From an uncultured Bacteroidota bacterium (GTDB lineage: Bacteria; Bacteroidota; Ignavibacteria; UBA10030; UBA8401), in NCBI GenBank assembly GCA_937920105.1, contig CALETH010000131.1:6400-70399 (forward strand): a stretch of DNA of 64,000 bases, written 5' to 3'. The notes below the pieces were generated by a model. It saw nothing but the letters and a program-made list of their open reading frames with translations, ran no database searches and was not told the origin of the DNA. Positions within the stretch are counted from its first letter, which is position 1, and each line of letters begins with the position of its first letter. This document shows, piece after piece, positions 1 to 10,842 of the stretch. A program made the translations under genes and the position numbers.

Positions 1-484
1 CAAAACCCAAACCAATACGGGAGGCAGATTCCATTGTAAACTTTCCGGAAGGAACATCAGAAATTCCTTGAAATGTAACATCACCACTGATATTATTAAA
101 AAGAATATCTGCTCCAATGTGTGGTGTGATTGGACTTGCTGGAATCGCAATACTATATTCCGGACCAATACCTATTGACATTATTCCTGTATTAAGTTCA
201 ACGTTGCTGTTTGGTTTATCGGAAGCAGCAATTCCGGAGTTGCTTAAACTTACAAAATTTATAATTCCTCTAAAACCAATTCCACCTAAACCCAATTTTG
301 CTATTAACCCAACATTGTAACCAGATTTTAATCCATAATTTATTCCATTATAGTACTCAATTGTCGTTCCACCAAAATCTTCTTGTGGACTTGCTAATCC
401 AAGTTCACCGCCAAGTTTTATAGATTGTGCATAACTTGTGACTCCGCACAATAATAGTGCTGCAAAAAGGTTTCGTAATTTCAT
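1..484 (-). CDS. Outer-membrane beta-barrel/porin-like protein, N-terminal part (gene runs off window start)
   Basis: Minus-strand ATG at 484-482, open to position 1. Translation MKLRNLFAALLLCGVTSYAQS... gives a signal peptide followed by Gly-rich amphipathic beta-strand pattern. Not in the ORF track because it is truncated by the window edge; the track ORF 117..320 is antisense to it. Confidence 0.6.
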   Translation of the reverse strand, partial: MKLRNLFAALLLCGVTSYAQSIKLGGELGLASPQEDFGGTTIEYYNGINYGLKSGYNVGLIAKLGLGGIGFRGIINFVSLSNSGIAASDKPNSNVELNTGIMSIGIGPEYSIAIPASPITPHIGADILFNNISGDVTFQGISDVPSGKFTMESASRIGLGF

Positions 485-686
485 AAAAAAACTCCTAAAA
501 ATTAGTTAATGATAATATGTGTTGTGATGATAATGATACTACCTTCTTTGTATTTATGCAAGTTTTCACATAGATAAAAATTATTTTTTTCTGTATTTTT
601 TTTGTATAATTGGTGTATAATAAAAAATATGAAAGGATGTTTATGAAAGCCGCATTTTTTTCACATTTATTTTTTTAATTATCATT

Positions 687-2645
687 ATGAATACATCTTC
701 TGCACAAAATTCTCAACCATTTCTCCAAAATATTTCTACCGTAGAACAATTTACTAAACTTCAAGAAGAGCGATTACAAAAAGCACAGCAAATACTCAAT
801 CAATTACAAATACAAAGTAGAGAATATTCAGACGAACAAATTTTACGAATGTACGATGATATTTTGTTACAATTAGATGCTGTTGCTTCTCAATCTTCAT
901 TATTAGAAAACGTCCATCCGGATTCTGCAATGCGAAATAGTGCAGAAAAACTAAGCCAAAAGGCGGCATCATTTGGAGCAGAACTTTCGCTTAATAGAAC
1001 TGTGTATGATTTACTTTCTTCTCTTGATGTAAAAAAGTTTGATAAGGAAACACAATTTTATGTAGAAAAAACATTACGAGAATTTCGTCTTTCTGGGGTA
1101 GATAAAGATGAAGCAACACGAAAAAAAATTAAACAACTTCTTGATGAAATAGTAGAAATTGGACAAGAATTTTCTCGCAACATCCGTTCTGATGTACGAA
1201 CTGTGGTTGCAGAAAACGTGAATGAGTTAGATGGGTTACCACAAGATTTTATTCAACGTCATCCTGTAGAAAAAGATGGAACAATTAAACTCACCATTAA
1301 TTATCCCGATGCAGTTCCAGTTTTTACGTATGCAAAAAATGAAAATCTCCGTAAAAGAATGTATATGGAGTACAATAATAGAGCATATCCTCAAAATAAA
1401 GCAGTATTAGAAAAACTTATTACAAAACGTCATGAATTAGCACAACTTTTAGGATATGATAATTATGCGGCGTACGTTACAGCCAATAAAATGGTGAAAA
1501 GTGAAAAGAATGCTGCGGATTTTATAGAAAAAATTGCTGCTGCATCAGAAAAAAAATCCAAAGAAGAATACGCAATATTAGTAAAGAGAAAAAAACAAGA
1601 CGTTCCTACGGCAACAAAAATTAATTTGTGGGAAAATAGTTATTATTCGGAATTAGTACGAAAGGCAGAATATGATTTTGATGCACAAAGTGTGCGTCCG
1701 TATTTTCAATATGAAAAAGTAAAAGAAGGAATTCTTTCTGTTACCGAAAAATTATTTGATGTGAAATTTAAAAAAGTACAAAATGCACCAGTCTGGCATC
1801 CATCGGTAGAATGTTTAGAGATTTTTGAAAATAATGAATGTATTGGAAGATTGTATTTAGATATGCATCCGCGAGAAAATAAATATAATCACGCAGCACA
1901 ATTTGGAATACGAACCGGAATTAAAGGAAAGCAACTTCCCGAAGCAGCACTTATTTGCAATTTTCCCGGTGGAGTGGAAGGCGACCCGGGCTTAATGGAG
2001 CATAGTGATGTAACAACATTTTTTCATGAATTTGGACATTTACTGCATTCAATTTTTGCAGGAAAAAAGAATTGGGCAGGTACAAGCGGAATCCAAACAG
2101 AATGGGATTTTGTAGAAACACCATCTCAATTATTAGAAGAGTGGGCGTGGGATGCAAAGGTGCTTGCAACATTTGCAAAACATTATCAAACAGGAGAACC
2201 GATTTCTGAAAAATTAGTTCAACAAATGAAACGTGCCAATGAATTTGGAAAAGCGTTAAGTGTACGCCAACAAATGTATTATGCAAAACTTTCACTTTCT
2301 TGTTATGATAGAAAACCACAAATGCTTAATCTTGATAAGTTATCAAAAGAATTACGTGAAAAATATACACCATATTCTTTTGTTGATGGAACGCATTTTT
2401 ATTCTTCGTTCGGACATTTAGATGGCTATTCTGCAATCTACTATACCTACATGTGGTCATTAGTTATCGCCAAAGATTTATTTACACAATTTGATAAAAA
2501 TAATCTTCTCAAAACATCCACAGCACAAAAATATAAAGAAAAAATTCTTGCTCCCGGTGGCTCAAAACCAGCAGCAGAATTAGTAAAAGATTTTCTTGGA
2601 AGGGATTTTAATTTTGATGGTTGGAAAAAGTGGCTTGAAGAGTAG
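687..2645 (+). CDS. M3 family zinc metallopeptidase (thimet oligopeptidase / Dcp-like)
   Basis: 652 aa with HEFGH zinc-binding motif (FFHEFGHLLHS) and overall M3 architecture. Confidence 0.85.
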   Translation: MNTSSAQNSQPFLQNISTVEQFTKLQEERLQKAQQILNQLQIQSREYSDEQILRMYDDILLQLDAVASQSSLLENVHPDSAMRNSAEKLSQKAASFGAELSLNRTVYDLLSSLDVKKFDKETQFYVEKTLREFRLSGVDKDEATRKKIKQLLDEIVEIGQEFSRNIRSDVRTVVAENVNELDGLPQDFIQRHPVEKDGTIKLTINYPDAVPVFTYAKNENLRKRMYMEYNNRAYPQNKAVLEKLITKRHELAQLLGYDNYAAYVTANKMVKSEKNAADFIEKIAAASEKKSKEEYAILVKRKKQDVPTATKINLWENSYYSELVRKAEYDFDAQSVRPYFQYEKVKEGILSVTEKLFDVKFKKVQNAPVWHPSVECLEIFENNECIGRLYLDMHPRENKYNHAAQFGIRTGIKGKQLPEAALICNFPGGVEGDPGLMEHSDVTTFFHEFGHLLHSIFAGKKNWAGTSGIQTEWDFVETPSQLLEEWAWDAKVLATFAKHYQTGEPISEKLVQQMKRANEFGKALSVRQQMYYAKLSLSCYDRKPQMLNLDKLSKELREKYTPYSFVDGTHFYSSFGHLDGYSAIYYTYMWSLVIAKDLFTQFDKNNLLKTSTAQKYKEKILAPGGSKPAAELVKDFLGRDFNFDGWKKWLEE

Positions 2646-2721
2646 TAATGAAGTCAATGAGTAAGAATGGTTGCAAAACCATTCCATAAAAAAATCAAAC
2701 AACTATTTAGGAGAAACACTT

Positions 2722-3195
2722 ATGTTAAAAAAACTTTTTTTTGCAATAGGAATCATTTCATTGTTATTTTCTACCACCACCTTTTCTCAAAAAAATGGTT
2801 TTGGTGTAGGAATAATTATTGGTGAACCCACTGGAATCAGTGTAAAAAAATGGCTTGATAATTATTCTGCCATTGATGGTGCAGTAGCATGGTCTTTTGG
2901 AAAAGGCAGCGGATTTCATCTTCATGCAGATTATCTTGCCCATAGTTATAGTGTATTTAAAGTTTCTCGCGGAACACTTCCGCTGTATTATGGAATTGGT
3001 GCTCGCATAGGAAATACAAACAAAAATAACGGCAGCTCTTCCGCAGGATTAGGAATTAGAGTACCAGTTGGTGTTGCTTATAATTTTGCCAATGACCCAT
3101 TAGATATTTTTTTTGAAATAGTTCCTGTTCTTAATTTAGCCCCAGCAACAGATTTTGGTATCAATGCTGGTTTAGGAATACGATACTTTTTTTAA
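2722..3195 (+). CDS. Small secreted/outer-membrane beta-barrel-like protein
   Basis: ATG at 2722 preceded by aggaga RBS; the track ORF starts at an upstream TTG at 2671. Signal peptide MLKKLFFAIGIISLLFSTTTFSQ, Gly-rich, ends in aromatic residues. Confidence 0.6.
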   Translation: MLKKLFFAIGIISLLFSTTTFSQKNGFGVGIIIGEPTGISVKKWLDNYSAIDGAVAWSFGKGSGFHLHADYLAHSYSVFKVSRGTLPLYYGIGARIGNTNKNNGSSSAGLGIRVPVGVAYNFANDPLDIFFEIVPVLNLAPATDFGINAGLGIRYFF

Positions 3196-3218
3196 TGAAT
3201 TGTTCCATTAATATTATA

Positions 3219-3255
3219 AAAAGCGAAATCCTGATAAAATCAGGATTTCGCTTTT
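3219..3255. terminator. Bidirectional rho-independent terminator between convergent genes
   Basis: aaaagcgaaatcctgat-aaa-atcaggatttcgctttt: perfect 14-bp stem flanked by A-run and T-run. Confidence 0.8.
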
Positions 3256-3276
3256 GTCTTTTCAGTTAATAATTTT

Positions 3277-4434
3277 TTACAAAAAAGCATCTTTCATTTT
3301 TTCAAAAATACTTTTGTTTTTCGTTTTTTCTTCTTCGGTAGGAGAGATGTGTTCGCTGAGAGAAAGTTCTTTGAGCAATTCTTTTTCTCGTGTATTTATT
3401 TTTGTGGGAACCCAAATTTGTACGCGAATGAGTTGGTCTCCTTTACCATAACTATTTAAATGAGGGATTCCTTTTTCTCGCATGCGTAACATTTTTCCTG
3501 CCATTGTTCCGGAATCTATTTTTACTTTTGCTCTTCCGGTGAGGGTTGGTACTTCGATTTCTGTTCCCATCACTGCATCGGGAAAACTAATCAGTGCATT
3601 GTAAATAACGTCATTCCCATTGCGGATAAAATGTTCATGTTTTTCTTCTTCAAATTCTACAATCACATCACCTGCAGAACCACCACGTCTTCCCACATTT
3701 CCTTCACCACGCAAGGTGAGGTAATGTCCTTCAGAAACTCCTGCTGGTACGTTGACTTTGATTGTTGTTTCTCCGTGTTCGCGACCTTCGCCTTTACAGG
3801 TGGTGCAAAAATCTTTTATCACTTGTCCCGTGCCGCTGCAATGAGCACAGGTGGCAATGTTTACAAATTGTCCGAAGACAGAACGGGAGACTTGACGAAT
3901 TTCTCCGGTACCTTCACAGTATTGACAGGTTGATTTTGCTGAACTGGATTTTGCTCCGCTTCCATGGCAGGTATGGCATTTTACCCATTTTTTAATTTTG
4001 ATTTTCTTTTCTACTCCGGTTGCAATTTCTTCTAAGGTGAGTTTGAGTCGAACTTTGAGGTTGGAGCCGGGTTCTCCGGTTTCTCTACTACGACGTTGCT
4101 GCTGCCTACCACCGCCAAAAACTTCTTCAAAAATTGAGCCGCCGAAAATATCTCCGAAGTTAGAAAAAATATCGTTAACGTTGGTGTAGGTGTGGGTATC
4201 ACCGCTTCGCATTCCTTCGTGTCCGAATCTATCGTAGCGTTGTTTTTTATCGGCATCACCTAATACTTCGTATGCTTCGGTTGCTTCTTTAAATTTTTCT
4301 TCGGCTTCTTTATTATCCGGATTTCTATCAGGATGATATTGCATTGCAAGTTTGCGGTACGCTTTTTTTATTTCATCAGATGAAGCGGTACGGGAAACGC
4401 CTAATATTTCGTAGTAATCTTTTTTTGTTGGCAT
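3277..4434 (-). CDS. dnaJ: Molecular chaperone DnaJ
   Basis: J-domain (YYEILGV...HPDRN), G/F region, four CxxCxGxG zinc-finger repeats. Confidence 0.97.
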   Translation of the reverse strand: MPTKKDYYEILGVSRTASSDEIKKAYRKLAMQYHPDRNPDNKEAEEKFKEATEAYEVLGDADKKQRYDRFGHEGMRSGDTHTYTNVNDIFSNFGDIFGGSIFEEVFGGGRQQQRRSRETGEPGSNLKVRLKLTLEEIATGVEKKIKIKKWVKCHTCHGSGAKSSSAKSTCQYCEGTGEIRQVSRSVFGQFVNIATCAHCSGTGQVIKDFCTTCKGEGREHGETTIKVNVPAGVSEGHYLTLRGEGNVGRRGGSAGDVIVEFEEEKHEHFIRNGNDVIYNALISFPDAVMGTEIEVPTLTGRAKVKIDSGTMAGKMLRMREKGIPHLNSYGKGDQLIRVQIWVPTKINTREKELLKELSLSEHISPTEEEKTKNKSIFEKMKDAFL

Positions 4435-4460
4435 AAATTTTTTGTATTATCGTGTTTTAT

Positions 4461-4494
4461 AGACCTGTGAGGTTTTAAAAACCTCACAGGTTTT
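4461..4494. repeat. Palindromic repeat, AGAC-stem-TTTAAAA-stem-GTCT family (stem variant B)
   Basis: agacctgtgaggttttaaaaacctcacaggtttt; same architecture as copies at 7003, 18874, 24535, 26224, 41968, 59298. Confidence 0.8.
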
Positions 4495-4500
4495 ACTGTA

Positions 4501-5073
4501 TTATTCTGTTTTTTCTTTTGCAACAATAACTTTTGCGTGTCTGATAACTTTATTGTGGAGAAAATATCCTTTTTCTACTTCTTCGATAATTGTGTTTGGT
4601 GCAACATCTTCTTTTGGCATTTGCATGAGTGCATCGTGAAATTCCACGTTAAATTCTTTACCAACGGTTTCCATTGTTTTTACTCCTTGGCTTTCTAACA
4701 CTTTCATAAATTTGGAAAGTATCATTTCTACGCCTTTGTAAAATGGGTCTGAAGAAAGTGTTTGTCCCGCTTTGAGTGAACGATTGAAATCATCAATCAA
4801 TGGTAGAAATTGTGTGATGACATTTTCACTGGCAAATTTTGCCAGTGTTGCAATATCATTTTCCATGCGGCGTTTGTAGTTTTCAAATTCTGCTGCTTTG
4901 CGAAGAAGTTGGTCTTTTACTTGTGCAGTTTGTTTTTCACATTCAGATAATTGTTTTTTTACTGTTTCTACTTCTGAAAGTTCTTCTACAATTTCTTGGT
5001 CTTTCATGACATCGTTTGATGGTGGTTGTGGTGTTTCGGTATTTCCATTTATTTTTTCTTCTTCTGTTTGCAT
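4501..5073 (-). CDS. grpE: Nucleotide exchange factor GrpE
   Basis: 190 aa, GrpE-like coiled-coil plus C-terminal domain; sits between hrcA and dnaJ as in the canonical hrcA-grpE-dnaK/dnaJ arrangement. Confidence 0.9.
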   Translation of the reverse strand: MQTEEEKINGNTETPQPPSNDVMKDQEIVEELSEVETVKKQLSECEKQTAQVKDQLLRKAAEFENYKRRMENDIATLAKFASENVITQFLPLIDDFNRSLKAGQTLSSDPFYKGVEMILSKFMKVLESQGVKTMETVGKEFNVEFHDALMQMPKEDVAPNTIIEEVEKGYFLHNKVIRHAKVIVAKEKTE

Positions 5074-5090
5074 TGGTTTCTCCGTTGAGA

Positions 5091-5576
5091 TTATCGTAAT
5101 TTAAAATCATTTTTAATAAAATCGGGATAGTGTCCACCTAATTCCCAATTATCTTTTGTGTTATTTTCATTTCCTGTAAATGGTGAAGTGTTATTGTTTT
5201 TCCATGTAAATATTTGAGTTTCATCCCAGTTTTCTGTTTCAAGGTATACAATAGCATTATTCCAGTATAATTTAGAAAGTAGATTTTCAAATTTTATTAA
5301 CCAATCTTTCCAGTCATCATATACTTCTTTATACGATGCTCCAAAAGTAATGACTTGGTCTTTATATAATCCATCTCCAAATTTTACTGTTGGTGTATTA
5401 AACATTAGTTTTGTGATTTGTGGATATTCATCTTCTGTCGGTAATTCATCAATAATCATTTTATTTAATCGATGAAAAAGTAATCTATCGTTATCAAGAT
5501 GAATATTTCCACCATAATTATATCTTTTTCCAATAATTCTTCCATAGACAAAAGATTGCCATCCCATACATACCAT
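5091..5576 (-). CDS. Hypothetical Trp-rich protein inserted between hrcA and grpE
   Basis: 161 aa ORF, no recognisable motif; ATG at 5576; tightly packed in the heat-shock gene string. Confidence 0.5.
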   Translation of the reverse strand: MVCMGWQSFVYGRIIGKRYNYGGNIHLDNDRLLFHRLNKMIIDELPTEDEYPQITKLMFNTPTVKFGDGLYKDQVITFGASYKEVYDDWKDWLIKFENLLSKLYWNNAIVYLETENWDETQIFTWKNNNTSPFTGNENNTKDNWELGGHYPDFIKNDFKLR

Positions 5577-5655
5577 CCTTTAAATATTTTTATAGATAAA
5601 ACGCTGATTAATTAAGATTTTTCTTGGTAATAAATTTTACATTGTTAAATAAAGT

Positions 5656-5725
5656 ATCCCGACTTGGCGGGATGAAATTTTCTCGAAATGGATTCCCGCT
5701 AAAAACGTGCAGGAATAACACTTTT
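5656..5725. repeat. REP-like palindromic elements (tcccg-N6-cggga and gattcccgc...gcaggaat)
   Basis: gtatcccgacttggcgggatgaaa and ggattcccgctaaaaacgtgcaggaat; related copies at 13016, 34270, 34326, 47071, 50529, 57358. Confidence 0.7.
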
Positions 5726-5776
5726 CTTGTTTTAATTTTTACATCATATAAATCTTAATAATCCTAAAAATCATAA

Positions 5777-6826
5777 TTATATATTTTTATTTTCTTTTAA
5801 CATTATTGAAATCGTTTTTGCAACATAATCTACTAAGGGAATCATTTTAGAATAATTCATTCGTTTTGTACCGAGAATTCCAATTGTTCCACTGATATCT
5901 CCAACATTATAAGTGGATGTTACAATACTGTATTGTTGAAATTTTTCATCATTATTTTCTTTTCCGATTGTAACGGTAATTGGTTGTGTACTATTTTTAA
6001 GTTCGCTTTTTTCTAATACGTGGACAATGATTTCTTCATTATCTAATAATTCTATCACGCCGCGAAAATTTTCCATGGTTTCAAATTCCGGTTGGGTGAT
6101 AATTTCGGATGTTCCACCTATGTGGACTTTTTCTCGTGTTCGTGTTTCATCAAATAATTTATCAACGGATTCTATAAAAAGTCGGATGAGTCCTGTTTCT
6201 TCATTGTGAACATCTTTCACGCGTGCAGAAAATGTTTCGCGAATTTTTTTGAGTGGAAGTCCTGCTAATCGTTCATTCAGCATTCTGCTGACATCTTCTA
6301 ATTTTGTACGTGGTATTTCTGCGTGAACTTCCATCATAATGGTTTTTACTACTCCGCTGCGAATGGAGAGGATGACCATAATGTGTGTGCTGGATATTTG
6401 CACGAGTTCTAATTTTTCAAAAATTCCTGTGGTGATTTTTGGTGCTAAGACAATTCCTAATTGATGAGAAATTGTTCCTAAAATTTTGGATGCGACTCGT
6501 AAAAGTTCTTCGCGTTCTGCTTCTATGGTTAATTGTTTTTGGATGACTGATTGTTCTTGTTGGGAAAGTTGTTCTACTTCCATCAGTGCATCCACATAAA
6601 AGCGATACCCTTTATCCGTTGGTATTCTTCCGGCGGATGTGTGTGGGTGATTGATGTATCCCAACTCTTCCAAATCGGACATAACGTTTCGCACGGTTGC
6701 GGGACTTAATCCGATTTCTTTATTTTTGGAAATAAATCGCGAACCCACGGGCGTTGCTGTATGGATAAAACTATGGATGATGTTTTTTAAAATTGTTTTT
6801 TCTCGTTCGTTGAGAATTTCTTGCAT
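5777..6826 (-). CDS. hrcA: Heat-inducible transcription repressor HrcA
   Basis: N-terminal winged-helix (ATPVGSRFISKNKEIGLSPATVRNVMSDLEELGYI) and HrcA C-terminal domain. Confidence 0.93.
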   Translation of the reverse strand: MQEILNEREKTILKNIIHSFIHTATPVGSRFISKNKEIGLSPATVRNVMSDLEELGYINHPHTSAGRIPTDKGYRFYVDALMEVEQLSQQEQSVIQKQLTIEAEREELLRVASKILGTISHQLGIVLAPKITTGIFEKLELVQISSTHIMVILSIRSGVVKTIMMEVHAEIPRTKLEDVSRMLNERLAGLPLKKIRETFSARVKDVHNEETGLIRLFIESVDKLFDETRTREKVHIGGTSEIITQPEFETMENFRGVIELLDNEEIIVHVLEKSELKNSTQPITVTIGKENNDEKFQQYSIVTSTYNVGDISGTIGILGTKRMNYSKMIPLVDYVAKTISIMLKENKNI

Positions 6827-7002
6827 AGTTATCTTTTAGAAATTTTTCATAGTATTGCTTTTCAAAATACTCATTTTCGTAAAGTTTTACAATGATGAAT
6901 TATTTGAGCCGCTTGTAACCCTGCCAGAGTTTAATTCGCCTGTGGCGAACTGGCAGGGTTTTTAAATTCATGATTTTGTTTTTTGAATCCTTCTATAGTT
7001 TT

Positions 7003-7035
7003 AGATTTGTCAAGTTTTAAAAACTTGACAAATCT
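7003..7035. repeat. Palindromic repeat, AGAC/AGAT-stem-TTTAAAA-stem family (variant A)
   Basis: agatttgtcaagttttaaaaacttgacaaatct; the upstream hairpin aaccctgccag...ctggcagggtt (6918-6962) shares its 5' arm with the copy at 18858. Confidence 0.8.
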
Positions 7036-7046
7036 GCTTCTATTTT

Positions 7047-7109
7047 TTCACACCCCTAACCCCTCTCTCCAACACACAAGTCCATCGCTGCAGAGGGGAA
7101 TATTCATGC
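7047..7109. repeat. Repeat family P (cacacccctaacccctctctcc...cagaggggaat)
   Basis: Inverted copy of the element at 10735-10795; related copies at 16290-16375 and 26817-26862. Confidence 0.75.
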
Positions 7110-7141
7110 TCAAAATCCTGTTCATCGTTTAATCCTACAAA

Positions 7142-9787
7142 TCATGGTTTTATTTTTCTAAATCCCAACTCACCCTCAGTTTTCATAAAGCACTCTATAG
7201 TATCTCCATCAACAAGATTTCCGGAAAGAATTTCTTCGGAAAGTTTATCTATAATATGTTTTTGGATAACACGTTTTAACGGTCTTGCTCCAAAACTTGG
7301 GTCGTAACCGAGACGAGCGAGCCAATCTTTTGCTTCATCAGCAATGAGCAATTTCATATTTTTTTGCTCTAATAATTTGCGTACGTGTTTCAATTGAATA
7401 TCAACAACTTTTTCAATATCACTTTTGTTGAGTGGTTTGAAAAGAATTGTTTCATCTATGCGATTCAAAAATTCCGGACGAATGGTTTGACGTAATAGTT
7501 GATATAATTGCGAACGCAAATCTCCAACCATGTTTTCCCAATCTTCATCAGTTTGTAATTCGTTAATTTTTTCTTGAATATATTGCGAACCAAGATTGGA
7601 TGTCATGATAATAATGGTATTTTTAAAATTCACAGTTCGTCCTTGTGAATCCGTTAAACGTCCTTCATCTAAAACTTGTAAAAGAATATTAAACACTTCA
7701 GGATGTGCTTTTTCAATTTCATCTAACAATACAACGGAATACGGTTTGCGACGTACGGCTTCTGTGAGTTGTCCGCCTTCTTCATATCCAACATATCCCG
7801 GAGGTGCACCGATGAGGCGGGAGACGGCAAATTTTTCCATGTACTCGCTCATATCAATTCGCACCATAGCATTTTCATCATTAAATAAAAATTCTGCTAA
7901 CGAACGTGCGAGTTCTGTTTTTCCAACACCGGTTGTTCCCAAAAAGATGAATGAACCGATGGGACGTTTTTCATCTTGCAATCCAGCACGGCTGCGGCGA
8001 ATGGCGGAGGCAACGGCATGTACGGCTTCTTCTTGATTTACCATGCGTTCGTGAATTTTTTCTTCGAGATGTAATAATTTTGTGCGTTCGCTTTCCAACA
8101 TTCGTGTTACGGGAATTCCTGTCCACTTGGAAACAATTTCTGCAATATCTTCTGCATCAACTTCTTCTTTCAACATTTTTTGTTCTTTTTGAACTTCTGT
8201 TAATTTGGAGGTTGCGTCTTTCAATTTTTTTTCGATTGTGGTGATTGTTCCGTACCGGAGTTCCGCAACTTTTCCTAAATTTCCTTCGCGTTCAAATTGT
8301 TCGGCTTGCGTGCGTACGTTTTCAATTTCTTCTTTCATGGAGCGAATTGATTGAATGAGATTTTTTTCATTTTGCCAATGGGCTTTTAATTCCGAACGGC
8401 GTTGATTGAGTTCTGCTAATTCTTTTTCAATGTGATGAATACGATTTTCACTCGCTTTTTTGTCGGCTTCATCGGCATACTCTGCGGTGATTTCTCGTTT
8501 CACTGCTTCGCGTTCAATTTCCAATTGTTTGATTTTTCTTTCGATGTCATCCAATTCTTCCGGCATAGAATCTATTTCAATACGCAATTTGGAAGCGGCC
8601 TCATCCACCAAATCAATTGCTTTATCCGGAAGAAATCTATCGGAAATATATCGAGAACTTAATTGTGCAGCGGCAACAATTGCTCCATCGGTGATGCGTA
8701 CGCCGTGATGCACTTCGTAGCGCTCGCTCAATCCACGCAAAATAGAAATTGTATCTTCCACGCTTGGTTCATCAACAAGAACAGGTTGGAAGCGGCGTTC
8801 CAATGCCGGGTCTTTTTCAATATACTTTCGGTATTCATCCAACGTAGTTGCACCGATGGCACGCAAATCTCCGCGGGCAAGTGCTGGCTTGAGCATGTTT
8901 GCTGCATCAACCGCACCTTGTGCTGCACCGGCACCAACAAGTGTGTGAAGTTCATCAATAAATAAAATTATTTCTCCGTTGGAATTTTCTACTTCTTTTA
9001 AAACTGCTTTCAATCGTTCTTCAAACTGTCCGCGAAAACTTGCACCGGCAATAAGTGCTGCCATATCCAATGCAACGATGCGTTTGGTTTTGAGATTTTC
9101 GGGAACGTCGCCTTGAATAATGCGATGGGCAAGTCCTTCAGCGATTGCGGTTTTACCAACGCCGGGCTCGCCGATGAGTACGGGATTATTTTTTGTGCGT
9201 CGTGAAAGTACTTGCAACACGCGTCGGATTTCTTCATCTCGTCCGATGACGGGGTCGAGTTTTCCTTTGCGTGCAAGTTCATTTAAATCTCTTCCGAATT
9301 TTTGGAGTGATTGATATTTATCTTCAGGATTTTGGTCTGTTACTCGTTGCGAACCGCGTACTTCTTTTAATGCTTTGAGTACGCCATCTTTGTTCACACC
9401 TTGGTCTATCAAAATTTTTGCTGCGGGATTTTGTTTTTGTTCCAACAGTGCAAGGAGTAAATGTTCTGTGCTGATGTATTCGTCTTTTAATTTTTCTGCT
9501 TCTTTTTGTGCTTGCTCAAATATTTTATTGAGTGTGTTGGAAAGATATTGATTTCCCGCATTTTGTATTTTTGGAAGTTTTTCTACCAGTTCGTTGACTT
9601 TTACTTTTATATAATTAGTATTTGCTCCCAATTTTTGCAAAAGGGGAATAACGATTCCTTGTGCATCTTGCACTAAGGCAGCAAGCAGATGTTCCGGCTC
9701 TATTGCTTGATTTCCGTAACTTGTCGCAATTTCTTGTGCGTTCTGTACGGCTTCTTGTGATTTGATTGTGAATTTATTGAGGTTCAT
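7142..9787 (-). CDS. clpB: ATP-dependent chaperone ClpB (AAA+ disaggregase)
   Basis: 881 aa, two AAA modules with Walker A ([16 protein letters not shown]), coiled-coil middle domain, ClpB N-domain. Confidence 0.97.
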   Translation of the reverse strand: MNLNKFTIKSQEAVQNAQEIATSYGNQAIEPEHLLAALVQDAQGIVIPLLQKLGANTNYIKVKVNELVEKLPKIQNAGNQYLSNTLNKIFEQAQKEAEKLKDEYISTEHLLLALLEQKQNPAAKILIDQGVNKDGVLKALKEVRGSQRVTDQNPEDKYQSLQKFGRDLNELARKGKLDPVIGRDEEIRRVLQVLSRRTKNNPVLIGEPGVGKTAIAEGLAHRIIQGDVPENLKTKRIVALDMAALIAGASFRGQFEERLKAVLKEVENSNGEIILFIDELHTLVGAGAAQGAVDAANMLKPALARGDLRAIGATTLDEYRKYIEKDPALERRFQPVLVDEPSVEDTISILRGLSERYEVHHGVRITDGAIVAAAQLSSRYISDRFLPDKAIDLVDEAASKLRIEIDSMPEELDDIERKIKQLEIEREAVKREITAEYADEADKKASENRIHHIEKELAELNQRRSELKAHWQNEKNLIQSIRSMKEEIENVRTQAEQFEREGNLGKVAELRYGTITTIEKKLKDATSKLTEVQKEQKMLKEEVDAEDIAEIVSKWTGIPVTRMLESERTKLLHLEEKIHERMVNQEEAVHAVASAIRRSRAGLQDEKRPIGSFIFLGTTGVGKTELARSLAEFLFNDENAMVRIDMSEYMEKFAVSRLIGAPPGYVGYEEGGQLTEAVRRKPYSVVLLDEIEKAHPEVFNILLQVLDEGRLTDSQGRTVNFKNTIIIMTSNLGSQYIQEKINELQTDEDWENMVGDLRSQLYQLLRQTIRPEFLNRIDETILFKPLNKSDIEKVVDIQLKHVRKLLEQKNMKLLIADEAKDWLARLGYDPSFGARPLKRVIQKHIIDKLSEEILSGNLVDGDTIECFMKTEGELGFRKIKP

Positions 9788-9820
9788 AATAGTTTTGGGT
9801 TATGAGTTTTCAGTTGTGAG

Positions 9821-10564
9821 TTATGAGTATTGAGATTGAAATCGTGATTTTCCAATAGTCGGTGGAATAGTGTCTCGTTCTATCATAAGAATATCTTGAT
9901 TAAATATTACCATACAAATTGCTCCACCATAATTACAGTCATTAGGGTCTCTTACACTAGTCCATACAATTCCTTGGAAATTATTTTTGAAAGCATGTTT
10001 TGCTATAATTTGTGTTAAAGGATAAACAGAATCGTTTTTTGTATATATTTTATCCTTAAAAAAAATTTCTTCACTGTTATAGATATTATATTTTTTTATT
10101 AATCGAAAAAAAGCATTGTTTGTATGTCTTAAATCCAAAATTGGGGCATCAAATTTAAGATACTTCTCTGTTAATGCCCACATAGCATCTTTTTTAACAT
10201 ACTTCATCATTTCTTCTAATGAACATCCTTCTTCTTTATGAAGTTCTTTTGTTATTTCAGTTTTAGATATATAAAAGTCAAAAGCCCAATATGAAACAGG
10301 TTTGTTCTCAAGAGCAAAGCGTCCATTTAATGAGGGAAAAAATAACTTTGGATTATTAGGAATATCTGTTTCTTCTCTTCCATAAATTTTTTGTGGTTTG
10401 TCATAATCAAAAGGCTCTTTGGGATTAACTTCGTAGTATCTTGAATGATACCATAGTTTTTCAGAAAGAGTTTCTCTAGACCATTTATTTTGATGTTTCT
10501 TTATATCGTTCCAATCTTCTGTTGTAATGCGGCTAAATAACTCATCCCAATTTTCTTCTATCAT
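9821..10564 (-). CDS. Hypothetical protein with RES-domain-like C-terminal half (orphan, no Xre partner)
   Basis: 247 aa. NGRFALENKPVSYWAF, a downstream Glu, and GIVWTSVRDPNDCNYGGAICMVIF resemble the R/E/S motif blocks of RES NAD+-glycohydrolase toxin domains; about 90-aa N-terminal extension. Confidence 0.45.
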   Translation of the reverse strand: MIEENWDELFSRITTEDWNDIKKHQNKWSRETLSEKLWYHSRYYEVNPKEPFDYDKPQKIYGREETDIPNNPKLFFPSLNGRFALENKPVSYWAFDFYISKTEITKELHKEEGCSLEEMMKYVKKDAMWALTEKYLKFDAPILDLRHTNNAFFRLIKKYNIYNSEEIFFKDKIYTKNDSVYPLTQIIAKHAFKNNFQGIVWTSVRDPNDCNYGGAICMVIFNQDILMIERDTIPPTIGKSRFQSQYS

Positions 10565-10627
10565 ACCTTATTCTTTCAATAAATATTTTTGTTATAATTT
10601 AATTATCGTTTTTCTCTTCACTGTTTT

Positions 10628-10795
10628 TGACACACCCCCGACCCTCCCAACACACAAAAATAACCAACACATCCCGTAAAAAGCACGGGACACAAAAAGC
10701 GTGCAGAGGGACTTTATGTACTTCTGGGCGTTTTTCATTCCCCTCTGTAGCGATGGTTTAAGCGAAGGAGAGAGGGGTTAGGGATGTGTCCTATT
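10628..10795. repeat. Composite repeat family P element
   Basis: gacacacccccgaccctcccaacacacaaaaa...gtgcagagggac...cattcccctctgtagcgatgg...ggagagaggggttagggatgtgtcc; its 3' part is the reverse complement of 7047-7109. Confidence 0.75.
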
Positions 10796-10807
10796 GAGTG
10801 TTACAAC

Positions 10808-10833
10808 AAAGGCGAGGATGACCTCGCCTTTTG
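10808..10833 (-). terminator. Rho-independent terminator downstream of dnaK
   Basis: aaaggcgagg-atgac-cctcgccttttg, GC-rich stem plus T-run. Confidence 0.75.
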
Positions 10834-10842
10834 TTATTGTTT

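Noticed and set aside
117-320. 67-aa plus-strand ORF in the ORF track
   Set aside because: Lies antisense within a longer, biologically sensible minus-strand gene (signal peptide plus beta-barrel-like protein) that starts at 484 and runs off the window.
6918-6962. Hairpin aaccctgccag…ctggcagggttttt as terminator of clpB
   Set aside because: The T-run follows the hairpin on the plus strand only, whereas clpB is on the minus strand. Treated as part of the repeat element (its 5' arm recurs at 18858) rather than called as a terminator.
6827-7141. Search for a CIRCE operator upstream of hrcA (and 12793-13057 upstream of dnaK)
   Set aside because: No match to TTAGCACTC-N9-GAGTGCTAA found by eye; only repeat-family palindromes are present. 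May use a divergent operator; not reported as a feature.
7596-9314. Several 60-150-aa plus-strand ORFs (7596..8036, 7951..8244, 8432..8965, 9120..9314) and similar ones inside dnaK, the nuo genes, nrdJ and the histidine kinase
   Set aside because: All are antisense or out-of-frame shadows within long, well-supported chaperone or respiratory genes; low-complexity translations; no independent signals.
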